DNA of 63,531 bases, counting the filler, from Folioceros fuciformis (taxonomy: Eukaryota), in assembly GCA_049999805.1 (NCBI GenBank). It is 9 parts of 9 records of this genome, joined end to end, with 100 filler letters (N's around TTAATTAATTAA, not from the genome) between each part and the next. Parts side by side here need not be neighbours in the genome. Positions count along the whole stretch, not along the records: positions 1 to 13,563 come from JBNGIO010004707.1; positions 13,664 to 21,362 come from JBNGIO010004708.1; 7 more parts are not named here. One strand, 5' to 3'. The position numbers were made by a program, and so were the translations under genes. Under the pieces are notes generated by a model. That model ran no database searches and was not told the origin of the DNA. It worked only from the letters and a program-made list of their open reading frames with translations. Shown here in pieces: positions 1 through 17,920 of the stretch; position 1 is the stretch's first letter, and each line of letters begins with the position of its first letter.

Positions 1-344
1 CAATCACCTCGCCTCCCCCTTCTTCACCCATCTTCATCAGTTTTATGCTGTCTTCCATCTCATCAGGATAAGTGCAGGAGCTGTTCTTTGCCAAAGCTGT
101 CCTCTTCTTCAGGTGCTCCACTTCACGTGCCAGTCTGTCCCCTCTGCTCCCCGTTTCCTTCACCCGCTTCTTCCAGTACACAGTTATGTTGTAGAAGTCA
201 TTTGCCTCTGCAGCAGGCCATGCCTGGACAGTATCAGGGTGCACAGGGTTGCTGGGTGGCACAAGCGGCTGGCAGCCACACACAAGGCGCAAGGCTGCGT
301 GGAAAGGAGCAGGAGCGCTCTGAACAGATTTAGCACCGTCTCTT
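1..344 (-). other. Possible coding exon of an unidentified gene running off the window start
   Basis: Stop-free minus frame reading ...PDTVQAWPAAEANDFYNITVYWKKRVKETGSRGDRLAREVEHLKKRTALAKNSSCTYPDEMEDSIKLMKMGEEGGGEVI; no family recognised. Confidence 0.25.
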
Positions 345-820
345 CAAAAGCAGATAAGGCGATGGGAGCTCCAGCTGTTCCTGCCGTGGCTTCAGCAACA
401 AACGGCGAGTGTGGCTGCAGCAGCCTTAGGCGAGAGTGTCCTGAGTTCACAAGGAAGACGAGCTGACATAAGCGGTGTGAGTGAATCCAGTACATGAGCT
501 GGAGACTGAGGGCATTCACGCGTACAGATGTTGGGGCCTACATAATAAATATTCGTTCATCCTAATTTCGTTTAGTGTTATCGTTCTATAACTAGTGAGT
601 GGGAGTGTTAAAGTTTTATGGTTTAACATATACAGTACATTACGTTATACCAAGTAGGTTATTTAGTTTAGTTATTTAAGAACAGCTATGAACCGTTGTA
701 ATCATTTTACGGGTTACTCCTATTTGTGTCTTTCCATCATTATCAATGTATGCTTTTTGTGTGTTAGCTTGGCGCATCTCGTGATCCACGAATGTTTTCA
801 CAAGCCATACCAAAACTCAA

Positions 821-1420
821 TCATGCTCGACAACCAACAGATAGTCGAAGCATGTCACATGTCGTTTGGACAATGCCAACAACTTCACGGCGATTGCCCA
901 CCTCAAATGTACCAATGCCTTGCCACTCCACGCAGAAGATGGGTGGCAAGGGCAAATTCATAACGTAGCACATCCTCACACCCGAGCCGACGCCATGCTT
1001 GCACATGTAAATTTGTCACACACAAAACCAAGGGAGCACACCTGAAACGCACCAACATCCAGGCCTTGTGGCTAGGGTGTGCCTGTCCCCAACTAGTGTC
1101 CTCCTGCAACTTACACGAGACATACCAAAAACTCGGTCATGCTTAACTAGCAGCAGACAGTCGGAGCATGTCACTTGTCGATTGGAAACAATGGCCAGTG
1201 ACTTCACGGCGATTGTCTACTTCAAACGCAACAACGTCCTACCACTCCATGCATAAGACAGGTGGCATGGGTAGATTCATAATGCAGCAGATCCTCTCAC
1301 TCAAGCTAGGGCCATGCTCGCACATGTACATTTATCACGCACAAAACCAGGGCGGTGCACTTCAAACGCAATGACGTTTGGGCAGTGTGGTTGGAGTCCT
1401 ATTCACCAGAGCTAGTCACA
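821..1420. repeat. Diverged tandem duplication, unit ~316-319 bp
   Basis: TCATGCT..GCATGTCAC..ACTTCACGGCGATTG..CACATGTA..CACAAAACCA occurs from 821 and again from 1137. Confidence 0.8.
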
Positions 1421-4035
1421 ATTGAATGAAGGCATTTACAGCAACGGTAAGGTTGATCACTCGCATCACCCAGCAACACAATATGTAGCCAGGTCCAAGT
1501 TCGACTCTTCACGCACGGCCATGTTTGACTCCTCAAATGCGATCAACCCACGACTAATTTGGCACACCCTACAACTTTTTCCTAGCTAGCTATAGATCCA
1601 CAAATGCTTGCCACAGTTGTGTTTTATGCTGAGCAGCTAGGTCCCTTATGCTTGCGTAGTCTCCAAACTCCATTCGACCAACTTTCTTCCCGCTGAGCAC
1701 ACACCTTTCCTGGGCCTAGCACACACAACTAGAAAGAGACCAATTGTTGTTTTGTCCCATTGCTCGATAAAGGGGCCATGCATCGGTGGACATATCACCT
1801 TAACATTCCTTTATATTAATTTACTATATTTTACTCATTTATTTTTAATATAATTTAAGAGGACCATTAACTACGTGTCACTTATAAAGTATTCCATCTT
1901 ATTTGAGACACAAATAATTAATTATATTTTATTGAATATAGAGAGGACAAAATAAATGTGTTTCACCTGTTTCCTACTAAAGTGAGCTCCAAAGCATGCT
2001 TACACCCATGCCATGGAGTTATACTTGGGCATGAACTAGAAATCCACAATTTAACTCCTCCATTCCCACAAAGAATCCTCTCTAAGTTTGAGTTGTGTTG
2101 AACAACTAGCAATATGATACCATTGTTGCTTTCTATATTTCTTGGTGCTAGGGAGGTTGGTTGATGCACATCTACTATGATATTGCTTTGTACAAAAGCT
2201 AAAGTGACATTCTTCTAAGGTCGGCTTGTTCCTCGATGTTAACTATGTGTCAATCTCCACTACATTGTGGATTGCTTTTCATTTGATTAGGCTTCTTGCA
2301 ATTCTTTAATTGATAGCTTAGATTGTGCAAGGTATTGTTGTGCAATTCTCTTTCTATGTTGTCATTTTTACCCTAAATTTCTTATTAAGATCTTGACCTA
2401 AAATTTTTAGCTCATCCAATACACTTTTGGATCTTAGGGCACCTAATGACCATTTCCATCTAATGGGAATTCACTTGAGATTCACCTTTAAGCTTCTCCA
2501 TATAAGATGCAATTGCTCGTTTTTGCAATTGGGCTCAAAACAAAATGTCCTCACTCTACAAATCTTTGTTGGTCATATATAAGAGATTTTTTGGCTTTGA
2601 TAAAAGATGTGACAAGTTGAATCAAGAGATTCATAAATGTCTAGTTTATTAAGCATGCATGCTAGTTTCTTATTCCATCTAGGTTTTGTCTTGTCACGTA
2701 CATAATGCTTTCTAGGTTTGCATTCTCCATTTAGTTTGCAAAATAAAAATTCTACATACCTTAGTTAGCCTAGTGATTGGTCAAGCTATCGTGATATCAT
2801 CATGAGTCAACATTGGCCATATATAGGAGGACAACGTTGGTAGGAGTGGCGGCCTTAGCAACCCTAATGGTAAGTAGACCCTTTCTCCTCCCATGCCATG
2901 ATGTTTTAGGTGCTATTGGTAGTCCTTAGGATTTAGGGGGTTAACCCTATTATGATTTATCTCCCTCTTTTAAGAGTAGATGGGTTTTTCCATCTTGTTC
3001 TTCTCAAATAAATAAATAATGTCGTGGAATACATAAATTTATCTATCAAAGATTGGGTTTAGCAATGACATGAGATTCCTTATTCCATTGTCAAAAAACG
3101 TGCTCAATATCTTCATTCGTCATGTTGGAAACTAGACCCATCGAGAGTGCCCCATTTCCTCATGGGAAATGAAGAGAATCCATTTGTCCATTAAGATTAG
3201 AGTTTCATTCAAGTTTATCGAATATTCTATTCGTTGATTAAGTTAGGGTTTTTCCGTGTGTTCATGAATTTGATATTTAGTTTTGTGAACTTACAATTGT
3301 ATGGACAAGAAAATGGGTAGGTGATATATACATTGGAATTTGAAACTCTTTTTTCAAAAACATATTCTTATAGTAGAAGATGAGAACCCTCAACGATAAT
3401 GACTAGTGCCACCTCAAACATGAAAGTTCTGCTTATTGTTTAGAAGGTTTGGTGAAATGTGTTTCAGACCCCTATTGAAACTTCACATGACTTTAATATG
3501 AATCTTTGGTCTTCCTTTACCTGGACTATCTCCTCTCCTAATACATTTATTACTAATTAAAAAAACTCGTAATTGTTTTACAATTGTAAGGGATGGTGAG
3601 TCCTTCCATAAAGACGTCAAAGGATACCCCTACCTGTACAGGAGTTCCTACATGTTTATGTGGCTACATTACTTCAGGTACCTAGGGAGTAGGATACACG
3701 AGGCGAGGGCCATAGGCTTCCGTTGTTTTCGTGTTTATGGGAGAACTTGCACACGGCGGTGCTTTTTGCTACCTGTAGGTCGTTCATGTAGCAGACACAG
3801 GGCAGTGCGTCAACGATTGTGGATTTGTGGGTCTACGTCGGGGCCGAAGTGATAGCGGCGCACAAGGACTCGTTGTTCCTGGCGAATTTAATTTGTCGAA
3901 GGCCGAAGACGGCTGTCTTCCCCTGTCCGCCAGAGATTTATAGGTAGAACTGTTCCGTGTGAAAGTGGTCACTCGGTGGATGCGATCTACTGGTGGTCTG
4001 GGCGCTGCTGCCGGAAGCAACCTAACCCCTCTCAA

Positions 4036-11145
<7,110 letters not shown>

Positions 11146-11844
11146 GCTGTGGGCTTTGAGATGGGAGCCTTCAGGACTTTGTGCAACAGGAGGTCCCTGG
11201 AGTCAACAGAAGGGAGGAGTGAAATTGGCTTGGACGGTTCTGCTTCTGTGCTTGACGCTGGTTGCACTACAAGCATGTGTACTCAACATCAGTTGGCTTA
11301 ATGCATATCCTGCTGCCTTTATGCAGACGTACAGCCTTCGAAGCACTTTGTAGCCCTTCTTTGTCGTTGGTGTGCCAAAAAGTTGCTGCCGTTAAATCTG
11401 TTTTTTTTTTAACTTGGTCTCGTGGATTCTGCAATTAGAATGCAGTCAAATGTCTCCGATAATGACAGGGTCTGTAACTGAGATACTTCAACTGAAATTC
11501 CGAAATGAACGATGGAGAAAGCCTAGGTCGTTCTGCTTGTCTCGATTGATTTGTTCTGGCTTGTACACCAGTTCTCTTGAAAGTGATTCGGTTTCATCAG
11601 ATGCACCCTTGGTTTCATCCCAGCGTCCTCTTCAATTCGTCTTATTCACTAACTTTGTTGTAGCTGGGCTGTTGTGAAAAAATGATGGCAAAGCTTCTTT
11701 TTCTTAACAACTTTGTTCTTCCTTGGAAGAAAAGGGATATTGTTGAAAAAAAAATGAAGGTTCAAAACTTTGCCCCCAGTAATGTTATAAGTGAAATAAG
11801 GTGAAAATTAAATCTAGAGCTATCTGAAGTGTGCAAGATGGGAA

Positions 11845-11943
11845 ACAAGATGTGTGTTTCAAGAAAAACCTCTTAAAACAAGATGTGCGTTCCGGGAAAA
11901 ATCTCTTAACACAAGATATGCGTTCCAGGAAAAACCTCCTAAG
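11845..11943. repeat. 33-bp tandem repeat, 3 copies
   Basis: ACAAGATRTGYGTTYC..GAAAAAYCTCYTAA at 11845, 11878, 11911. Confidence 0.85.
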
Positions 11944-11954
11944 AAGGATGGAAT

Positions 11955-13014
11955 TGTAATGACCACTAGTATTCTGAGATGAGTGGTGTGTATCATTTCC
12001 AGCTTTAGCAGTGACTTAGCTGTGGAGTATAAATAGGCAAGTGTTAAGGTCTTGAGGACATACACCGATACACAGAGAGAGATAGAGGTAGACAGTGAGA
12101 AGTCTAGCCTTGAGGCATAGCTGTGGAGAGCTTGAAGAGCAAGCTTGTCAGATTGAGTCTAGGGCAGTAGCCAATAGGGCGTAGATCGCCAGACTCTTTT
12201 GTAAGTATCTGGAATAAAGAGCAGCACCTAGAGGAGGTCTGCGAGTCGTCAGTGGACGGCGATCTACTTGGAGCCTAGTGCTGAGTCGTGTGAGAGGGAG
12301 TGAGTGATTTGTAAGTGGAGCGCTGCGGAGTGAATAGACAAGATTCGAGGCTGTTGCTTCCTTTACGCTGCGTAAGGAAGGGGGTGTTACTTAGTTGGTA
12401 TCAGAGCAAAGTTATTGTGCTAATGTAGCCCAGGGTAATCGAGCACATACCATCACATATTGGGCATCTTTTAAAGAGGCCTTGAAGAAGTAGTTCCAAC
12501 CTGCGAATGCTTCGCGTTTAAGCCGGCAGCTGCTTGATAATATAAAGTAGACAGGTACTGTACGGGAATATATAAGTCCTTTAGTGAAGCTGTTATGCAT
12601 TGTACTTCAATGAGTGAAGTTGACAAACTACATCGCTTCATGGTTGGTTTGAACGACTGAGCTGCTAACAGAATTGAGTTGTACAGTCCAATGACCTTGG
12701 CAGAGTCCATAATAATAGTACATGCTATCCCAAATACCTTTCATTCCAACACATCCAACTCCTCACGAAGATTTCGAGGTAATACCCGTGGACGGTATAT
12801 GCAGACTAGGGTTTCTTCCGACAGTGTTGGCAGAGGAACTCCCGAGGATAATGAAAGAAGTACAATTGCAAGAGGCGAGTCCAATGGGAGCTTCCGTGGG
12901 AGAAATCGAGGAGTGCGCGGGGGGCGCGGAGCTCAAAGAACAGTGACAATGGGTTCTCGGAAAGGAGTTTGTTTTTCTTGTGGAGAGCAGGAACATTATG
13001 CAAATAAATGTTAA
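11955..13014 (+). mobile_element. Truncated Ty3/gypsy LTR retrotransposon: 5' LTR, PBS and decayed gag
   Basis: LTR begins TGTAAT at 11955, contains TATAAATA and ends GGGGTGTTAC; PBS follows; gag remnant WASFKEALKK*FQP..EVDKLHRFMVGL; zinc knuckle CFSCGEQEHYANKC. Confidence 0.8.
12396..12407 (+). promoter_or_regulatory. Primer binding site complementary to the 3' end of tRNA-iMet
   Basis: TGGTATCAGAGC immediately after the LTR. Confidence 0.9.
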
Positions 13015-13136
13015 GCATGATTAATGTTGAGATTAATTAGTGCTAATCCAGCTTATTGAGTTTGTACTAATTAGTCGTAAGAGTGATTAAGGTTATGATT
13101 AATATATATATATATATAGCTTATTAGACTTTGTTA

Positions 13137-13563
13137 TGTTAGGCAGAAAAGGTATTGTAGGGTTTGGGGTCATTTATCCCATATTGGGCACGAAATGAGA
13201 GTACCTCCCATAGGTCCATAAAAGAAGGGATGAACCCACCTAGTATTTGTAGTCTAACTCCCTCTTCACTTGTTATAGTGCTCTTATTTTTGGGATTCTG
13301 CATCTTGCTTCAACTAACTTGTTTTAACCTCTTATTTTTGGGATTCTGCATCTTGCTTCAACTAACTTGTTTTAACCTCTTTTGAGCATGGCGGGGGTGA
13401 CATCTCAAAAGGTTATGGGCCCACACACCCAAGGGACCGTCACTCTACAAGTTATCTCAAAGTTTGGAGGTGACAACTTCAATTTGTGGAAGTTCAAGAT
13501 GCAAATGTTGTTGGCTGAAAAAGGCCTTTGGGGAATTGTGTCGGGGACCGAGGAGCGTCCAAA
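13137..13563 (+). mobile_element. 5' end of a Ty1/copia element: putative LTR, half-tRNA PBS, gag N-terminus (cut by contig end)
   Basis: TGTTAGG start; GGTTATGGGCCCAC at 13411; gag ISKFGGDNFNLWKFKMQMLLAEKGLWGIVSG. Confidence 0.8.
13281..13376. repeat. Perfect 48-bp tandem duplication inside the putative LTR
   Basis: CTCTTATTTTTGGGATTCTGCATCTTGCTTCAACTAACTTGTTTTAAC x2. Confidence 0.95.
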
Positions 13564-13663
13564 NNNNNNNNNNNNNNNNNNNNNNNNNNNNNNNNNNNNN
13601 NNNNNNNTTAATTAATTAANNNNNNNNNNNNNNNNNNNNNNNNNNNNNNNNNNNNNNNNNNNN
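13564..13663. other. Artificial contig-joining linker (one of eight)
   Basis: 44 N + TTAATTAATTAA (stops in all six frames) + 44 N; same linker at 21363-21462, 24177-24276, 37275-37374, 42986-43085, 48716-48815, 57913-58012, 62254-62353. Confidence 0.98.
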
Positions 13664-14730
13664 ACCTAAACTAGCCCGCCACTCCAATCAGCCGGCCTGC
13701 CTGCCGGCCGGCTACCCCTCGAGCTCCCAGACTACCTCTACTGCCGCTGCGAGGCTGCCTGCCTGCAGTGGCTAGCGGCTTGCAACCAGGCCAGGCTGCC
13801 TAGTTGCAGCCAGACCGAGCTGCCCGTCTGCAGCCGGTACCCAGCTGCTTAATTGCAACCGTCTGGCAGGATCCGCTCCGCCACCTGCCTGCTAGACCCT
13901 GTCGGGACCTCAGCCGGGCCCCAGCCTGCTAGCTCCTGGCTAGCTAGATCCGGCTGGCAAGGTGGTCGTACCCACCAGCCAGCCCTACTGCCTTGCTCCA
14001 CCTCGACCAGCCGCCAACAAGCCTACCAGTGGGACGGCCTGTCTCCTGGGCTGCCTGCCTGCACTAGTGTCGGCCCTCCACTTGCGCCAGTGTCGGGCCG
14101 TCTGCCCCTCAGCCCTCAGCCGCTGCTCAGCTCCAGGCCCTCGCCTGGAAACTTGCATCCCTGCGCCCAATCGTCTAAACCTGGCTCTGACCCTGCACGG
14201 CTAGTCTTCCTGTCATGACCCGTCCCGCCTGGCCCATCCTCGACCAGCCGGCCGTATCCGACGGCCAGGTCCCTGCCATCCTGCCACCGATGCAACCAGC
14301 TAGTCAGCCCCGCTGGACGCATGGCCGGGCTGCTACTGGCTCCCAGCTCCGACCAGGCAGCATTCCCACGAGGCCCAACCTGCCTGCTCTCAAGATCCTC
14401 AGCCCCCAGGTGCGGCCACCCCATGCCTATGCCCAACCGCCTCCCGCACGCTCCCGAGGCCCCAACTCCCCCTCACACGCCCGACTTAGGGTTCCACACA
14501 CACCAGCGTCCCTCTCCACGGGCACACTTACCCCCTACTTTACATTTTCCACGGCCGCGGGCTAGTTAGACGATTGTTGACTTTCTAAACTGCACCACCA
14601 CTATCTCTGGTCATCCTATTTAATCTAGCCTTATCTAACATAGTTTCCTAATTACCTCTCCAAGGACTTCTATCAAAACTCCAAAAAAAAACAAATACCA
14701 CCCATTTTCTAAGGGGCCTATTCACCATGT
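13664..14730. repeat. GC-rich low-complexity segment, probably LTR/TE-derived
   Basis: Recurrent CCAGCC/GCCTGC/GCTAG motifs, overlapping Pro-rich ORFs with no recognisable domain, abuts a copia remnant. Confidence 0.35.
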
Positions 14731-14889
14731 GGTCTCCACAAGGTGTCTTGTTCCAGCACCTGGTGCGACTTACCCGACTCCAAGCTGCCTGGCATAGGCA
14801 GCCTGTCAACCAAGTCGTTCCCACAACTTCAAGAAACCTGCATTTGAGCAAATTTCATGTTGATGGGAGTTCCACATTTTCCTAGTGCT

Positions 14890-15600
14890 CAACATATTGC
14901 GTGTTACTAACCTCCTTACTTTTGTCCTTGGGGTGTGTGCTGTGTTGTTTAGTTGGCGCTCATGGTTGGAGGGCTACCATGCTAATCACCTGTTTGTGTG
15001 CCTCGCACCACAATATTGCCATGTACTATACTTCAGTAGACGACAAAGCAACAATAGGTTGTCTCCTAATATTCCAAGAAATAGCTCCTCTATTCGACAA
15101 AAAAACAACTCGAGTTGTGGACTTTTGACTGTCAACATCTCTTGCCCAATCAGAATCACAATATCCCACTAACTTGGCTCCATTTTGATGCGATTGTTGA
15201 TACACCAAATTCCAAGTTTTGTACCATTCGATCCTTTTCATGGCTTGAAAATGTTGTTGACCAGGATTGATGAAAAATTGGTTAGCTACTCCCGCTACCC
15301 CTACAATGTCACACCTTGTGCCTGTATACAAATATGAAAGGCAGCCAACTATACATAGATAGAAAGTTTTATCTACCTTTGCCTTTTCTTCCTTAGTTGA
15401 AGGACTCATTTCCTTTGACAACTTTTCATTCAACACCATTGGTGTCTTCACTAGCTTGCGTTCCAAAGCACTTAAGGACATTCTCAATGTATGTCCTTTG
15501 ATTCAAAGACATTGTCCTGTTGGACATATCCCTCATTACCTTTATCCCTTGAAAGTAATGAAGTTCTCCTTGATGCTCATGTCAAACTGTTATCGAGACT
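14890..15600 (-). mobile_element. Decayed Ty1/copia RT/RNase H fragment
   Basis: KLVGYCDSDWARDVDSQKSTT..GAISWNIRRQPIVALSSTEV; NPGQQHFQAMKRI. Confidence 0.9.
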
Positions 15601-15607
15601 CTAAGAC

Positions 15608-15882
15608 CTCACGCAAGCAATTCTGCTCACGCAAGCAATTCTGCATCCCTTAGGCAAGGGATACTACGTTCCTCACGTAAGCAATTGTATGTTCCTCACG
15701 CAAGCAATGCTGCATTCCTCACGCAAGCAATGCTACATTCCTCATGCAAGCGATCCTACGTCCCTAACGCCTTCCTTCCTCACGCAAGCGATCCTGCGTT
15801 CATTACGCAAGCAAGCCCGCGTTCCTTAGTCGAGCGTGGCCTGCGTCACTTAACGCAAACCAGACCCGCGTTGCTTACACAA
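15608..15882. repeat. Degenerate ~23-bp minisatellite, about 11-12 units
   Basis: Core TTCCTCACGCAAGCAATGCTGCA repeated, more diverged toward the 3' side. Confidence 0.85.
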
Positions 15883-16299
15883 TCCAGAGTCCTTTCCTTC
15901 CGCAAACGAGTCCTACTCTATGATTCCGTTTAGCAACAGCGTAGAATAAACTGCGACTTCCACCCAACCGTCCACATTGAACGGAAAATAAAACATTTTA
16001 TTACTTGTTAACCTGACCTGCTGCGCCAAGTCTTTCTGGTACATGCCACCTTCTGGATCAAAAATGCTCGAGAAGCAGCAAGACTGCCGAACGAGGTCAA
16101 AGCAGTGTGCCATGAGATGGATGACGATGGCTGTTGGAGCCAGGCGACTTCGTCGGGGAGGCGGCGCACAGCTCATCAGGTTGCGTTGACTAAGGGATTG
16201 TCATTTCATTGGTCTCCATTGCGACTTCAGGGTTTGCTCTCTTGGTGATGTCCCGTCCTCGGAACTGTGCGCCAGGCTGCTATCCTGCGGGTCTGTTTC

Positions 16300-17330
16300 C
16301 ATTGCTGGCTGGAGAACATGTGCAGCTGAGGTCACGCTGCTTTTCTCCTGGCGAAGGCAGCTTCACAGTATGGGTTGTGGCCTCAACCAACGGGTGTGGC
16401 ACTAGCTTGGCAGCCCTCTTTCTTTCAAGTGATGCTCAGCAGTGCTCATCCGATGCGTAGCTTGATGCATCTCTCTTGCTTTAGCAACGTTCTGTCGAAG
16501 TTTTGGACCCTCCGGCTACCCTTACCCCATTCAGCTCTCGTTACACTGCATGGCAACTTCTGCCACCATTGTGCGGGCAATGGTGGCAGAAGCCGCCATG
16601 CAATACACCGAGGGAGTCAGCAGGCAGCACATTTTCTATGATGGTGAGCGGTTTTTAGTGTTCGACAGGCCTTCGGGGATGTACTCTGAGCCTGGGTTTA
16701 CCACTGTCAGTCCATGTTACGGGACGGGGACTTGGAAACTCGTGAACAAGGTGCAGAGTGGTAGGTTTGCTCATTTGTATGTGACGTGACAGAGGATGAC
16801 AGACAGAATGACATGACAGAGGATGCAACCCAAAACGAGGACAAGCCTGCGGAGATGTTGAGATCGTCCTCCTTGCAAGGCCTTCAACTGGTAGAACAAA
16901 CCAAATATGGCTACACTGCGGCTACTTGGGGATGCCCTTGAGAGGCGATGCGAAATACGGTGTGGGATGCCACTAGGTGTGATGCATGCCATATCCACAG
17001 CTCTGCAACTTTTATGTCTCAGCGCAGGTTGTTCTCTCGCTAGCTGTTGCAGAAAATGCTTGCGGATTTGAACATCGGGATCCCTTTGGTAGTACGTCTC
17101 CTCCCTCAGTTTTGATCCCCTTAACCTTGCTGGTATCGTGGGAGCGGCAGTTCCAGGGCTGTCAATGCTTAAATGGACAGAGCAAGGGAGGTGCAACTTG
17201 TTGCAGCACGGTTTATGCAGAGGAAACCTCGTACTAGCTAGAACTGGAGAGCTGGCAAAGGCTTATTGCTTGAATGGAAACGCGCTACGGTCTAGGACGT
17301 GCGGGTTCTCGTTGTCAATACCTTGACTTC
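16300..17330 (+). pseudogene. Degenerate F-box / F-box-associated-like fragments
   Basis: WVVASTNG; IFYDGERFLVFD; MPLGVMHAISTALQLLCLSAGCSLASCCRKCLRI*TSGSLW resembles an F-box core; multiple stops. Confidence 0.35.
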
Positions 17331-17920
17331 ACCCTTTCACGAGTGAAGATAGGTGCCCAAATTTCTTGAGTTCACTGCTATCGAGAAAGAAATTACGTTT
17401 CTGACCAGGTTGACGTTTCTCGCAGGGAGGCAAGTTCCGATTTGCAATCTAGGCGCCGATCCTGCAATTCTCGATGGACCACCGAGAGATCTGCTGGTGC
17501 CTAGCGTTGTCAAAAGAGCGTACGGAATTGCAAACAGTTGATTTAATTAGAGTGCCTTAATTGCAGGCAGACACGTACCGAGGGATGTTGAAGATAACAC
17601 AAGGACACTGGGAGGGAAGGTTTGCCTTTGACAGAACAACTCTGTTCTTCTGATCACCTCAATACCTGCCTACTACAATGAGGTTCCCATTATCTTGTAA
17701 TAATCTAACAGGCTTCCCAAGACCAACGTTCTGTGGATCCACTACCCAGGGCCTGCATTGTCCTCACCAAGAAATTTTCTGTAAGTTTCTCTCCACTCTC
17801 GTCCCGTGCAGGACAGAAAAATGTTGGGAACAGGGTCCCAGATCTTGCCCTTGAGTTATGTTCCGACCAGCTCCCAATAGCTACTAACGTTTTAAATACT
17901 GAGACACCAATAACATTACT

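Noticed and set aside
13564-13663. Recurring palindrome TTAATTAATTAA flanked by Ns (eight times)
   Set aside because: Artificial six-frame-stop linker joining contigs. ORFs ending in X..LIN and gene neighbourhoods across these linkers are not biological.
13853-14569. Several overlapping 80-120 aa ORFs
   Set aside because: GC-rich low-complexity sequence with few stops by composition; no domain recognised.
17587-17914. TGTTG...TAACA segment next to the MED25 stop as a solo LTR
   Set aside because: Terminal inverted match is imperfect and the flanking 5-mers do not form a TSD.
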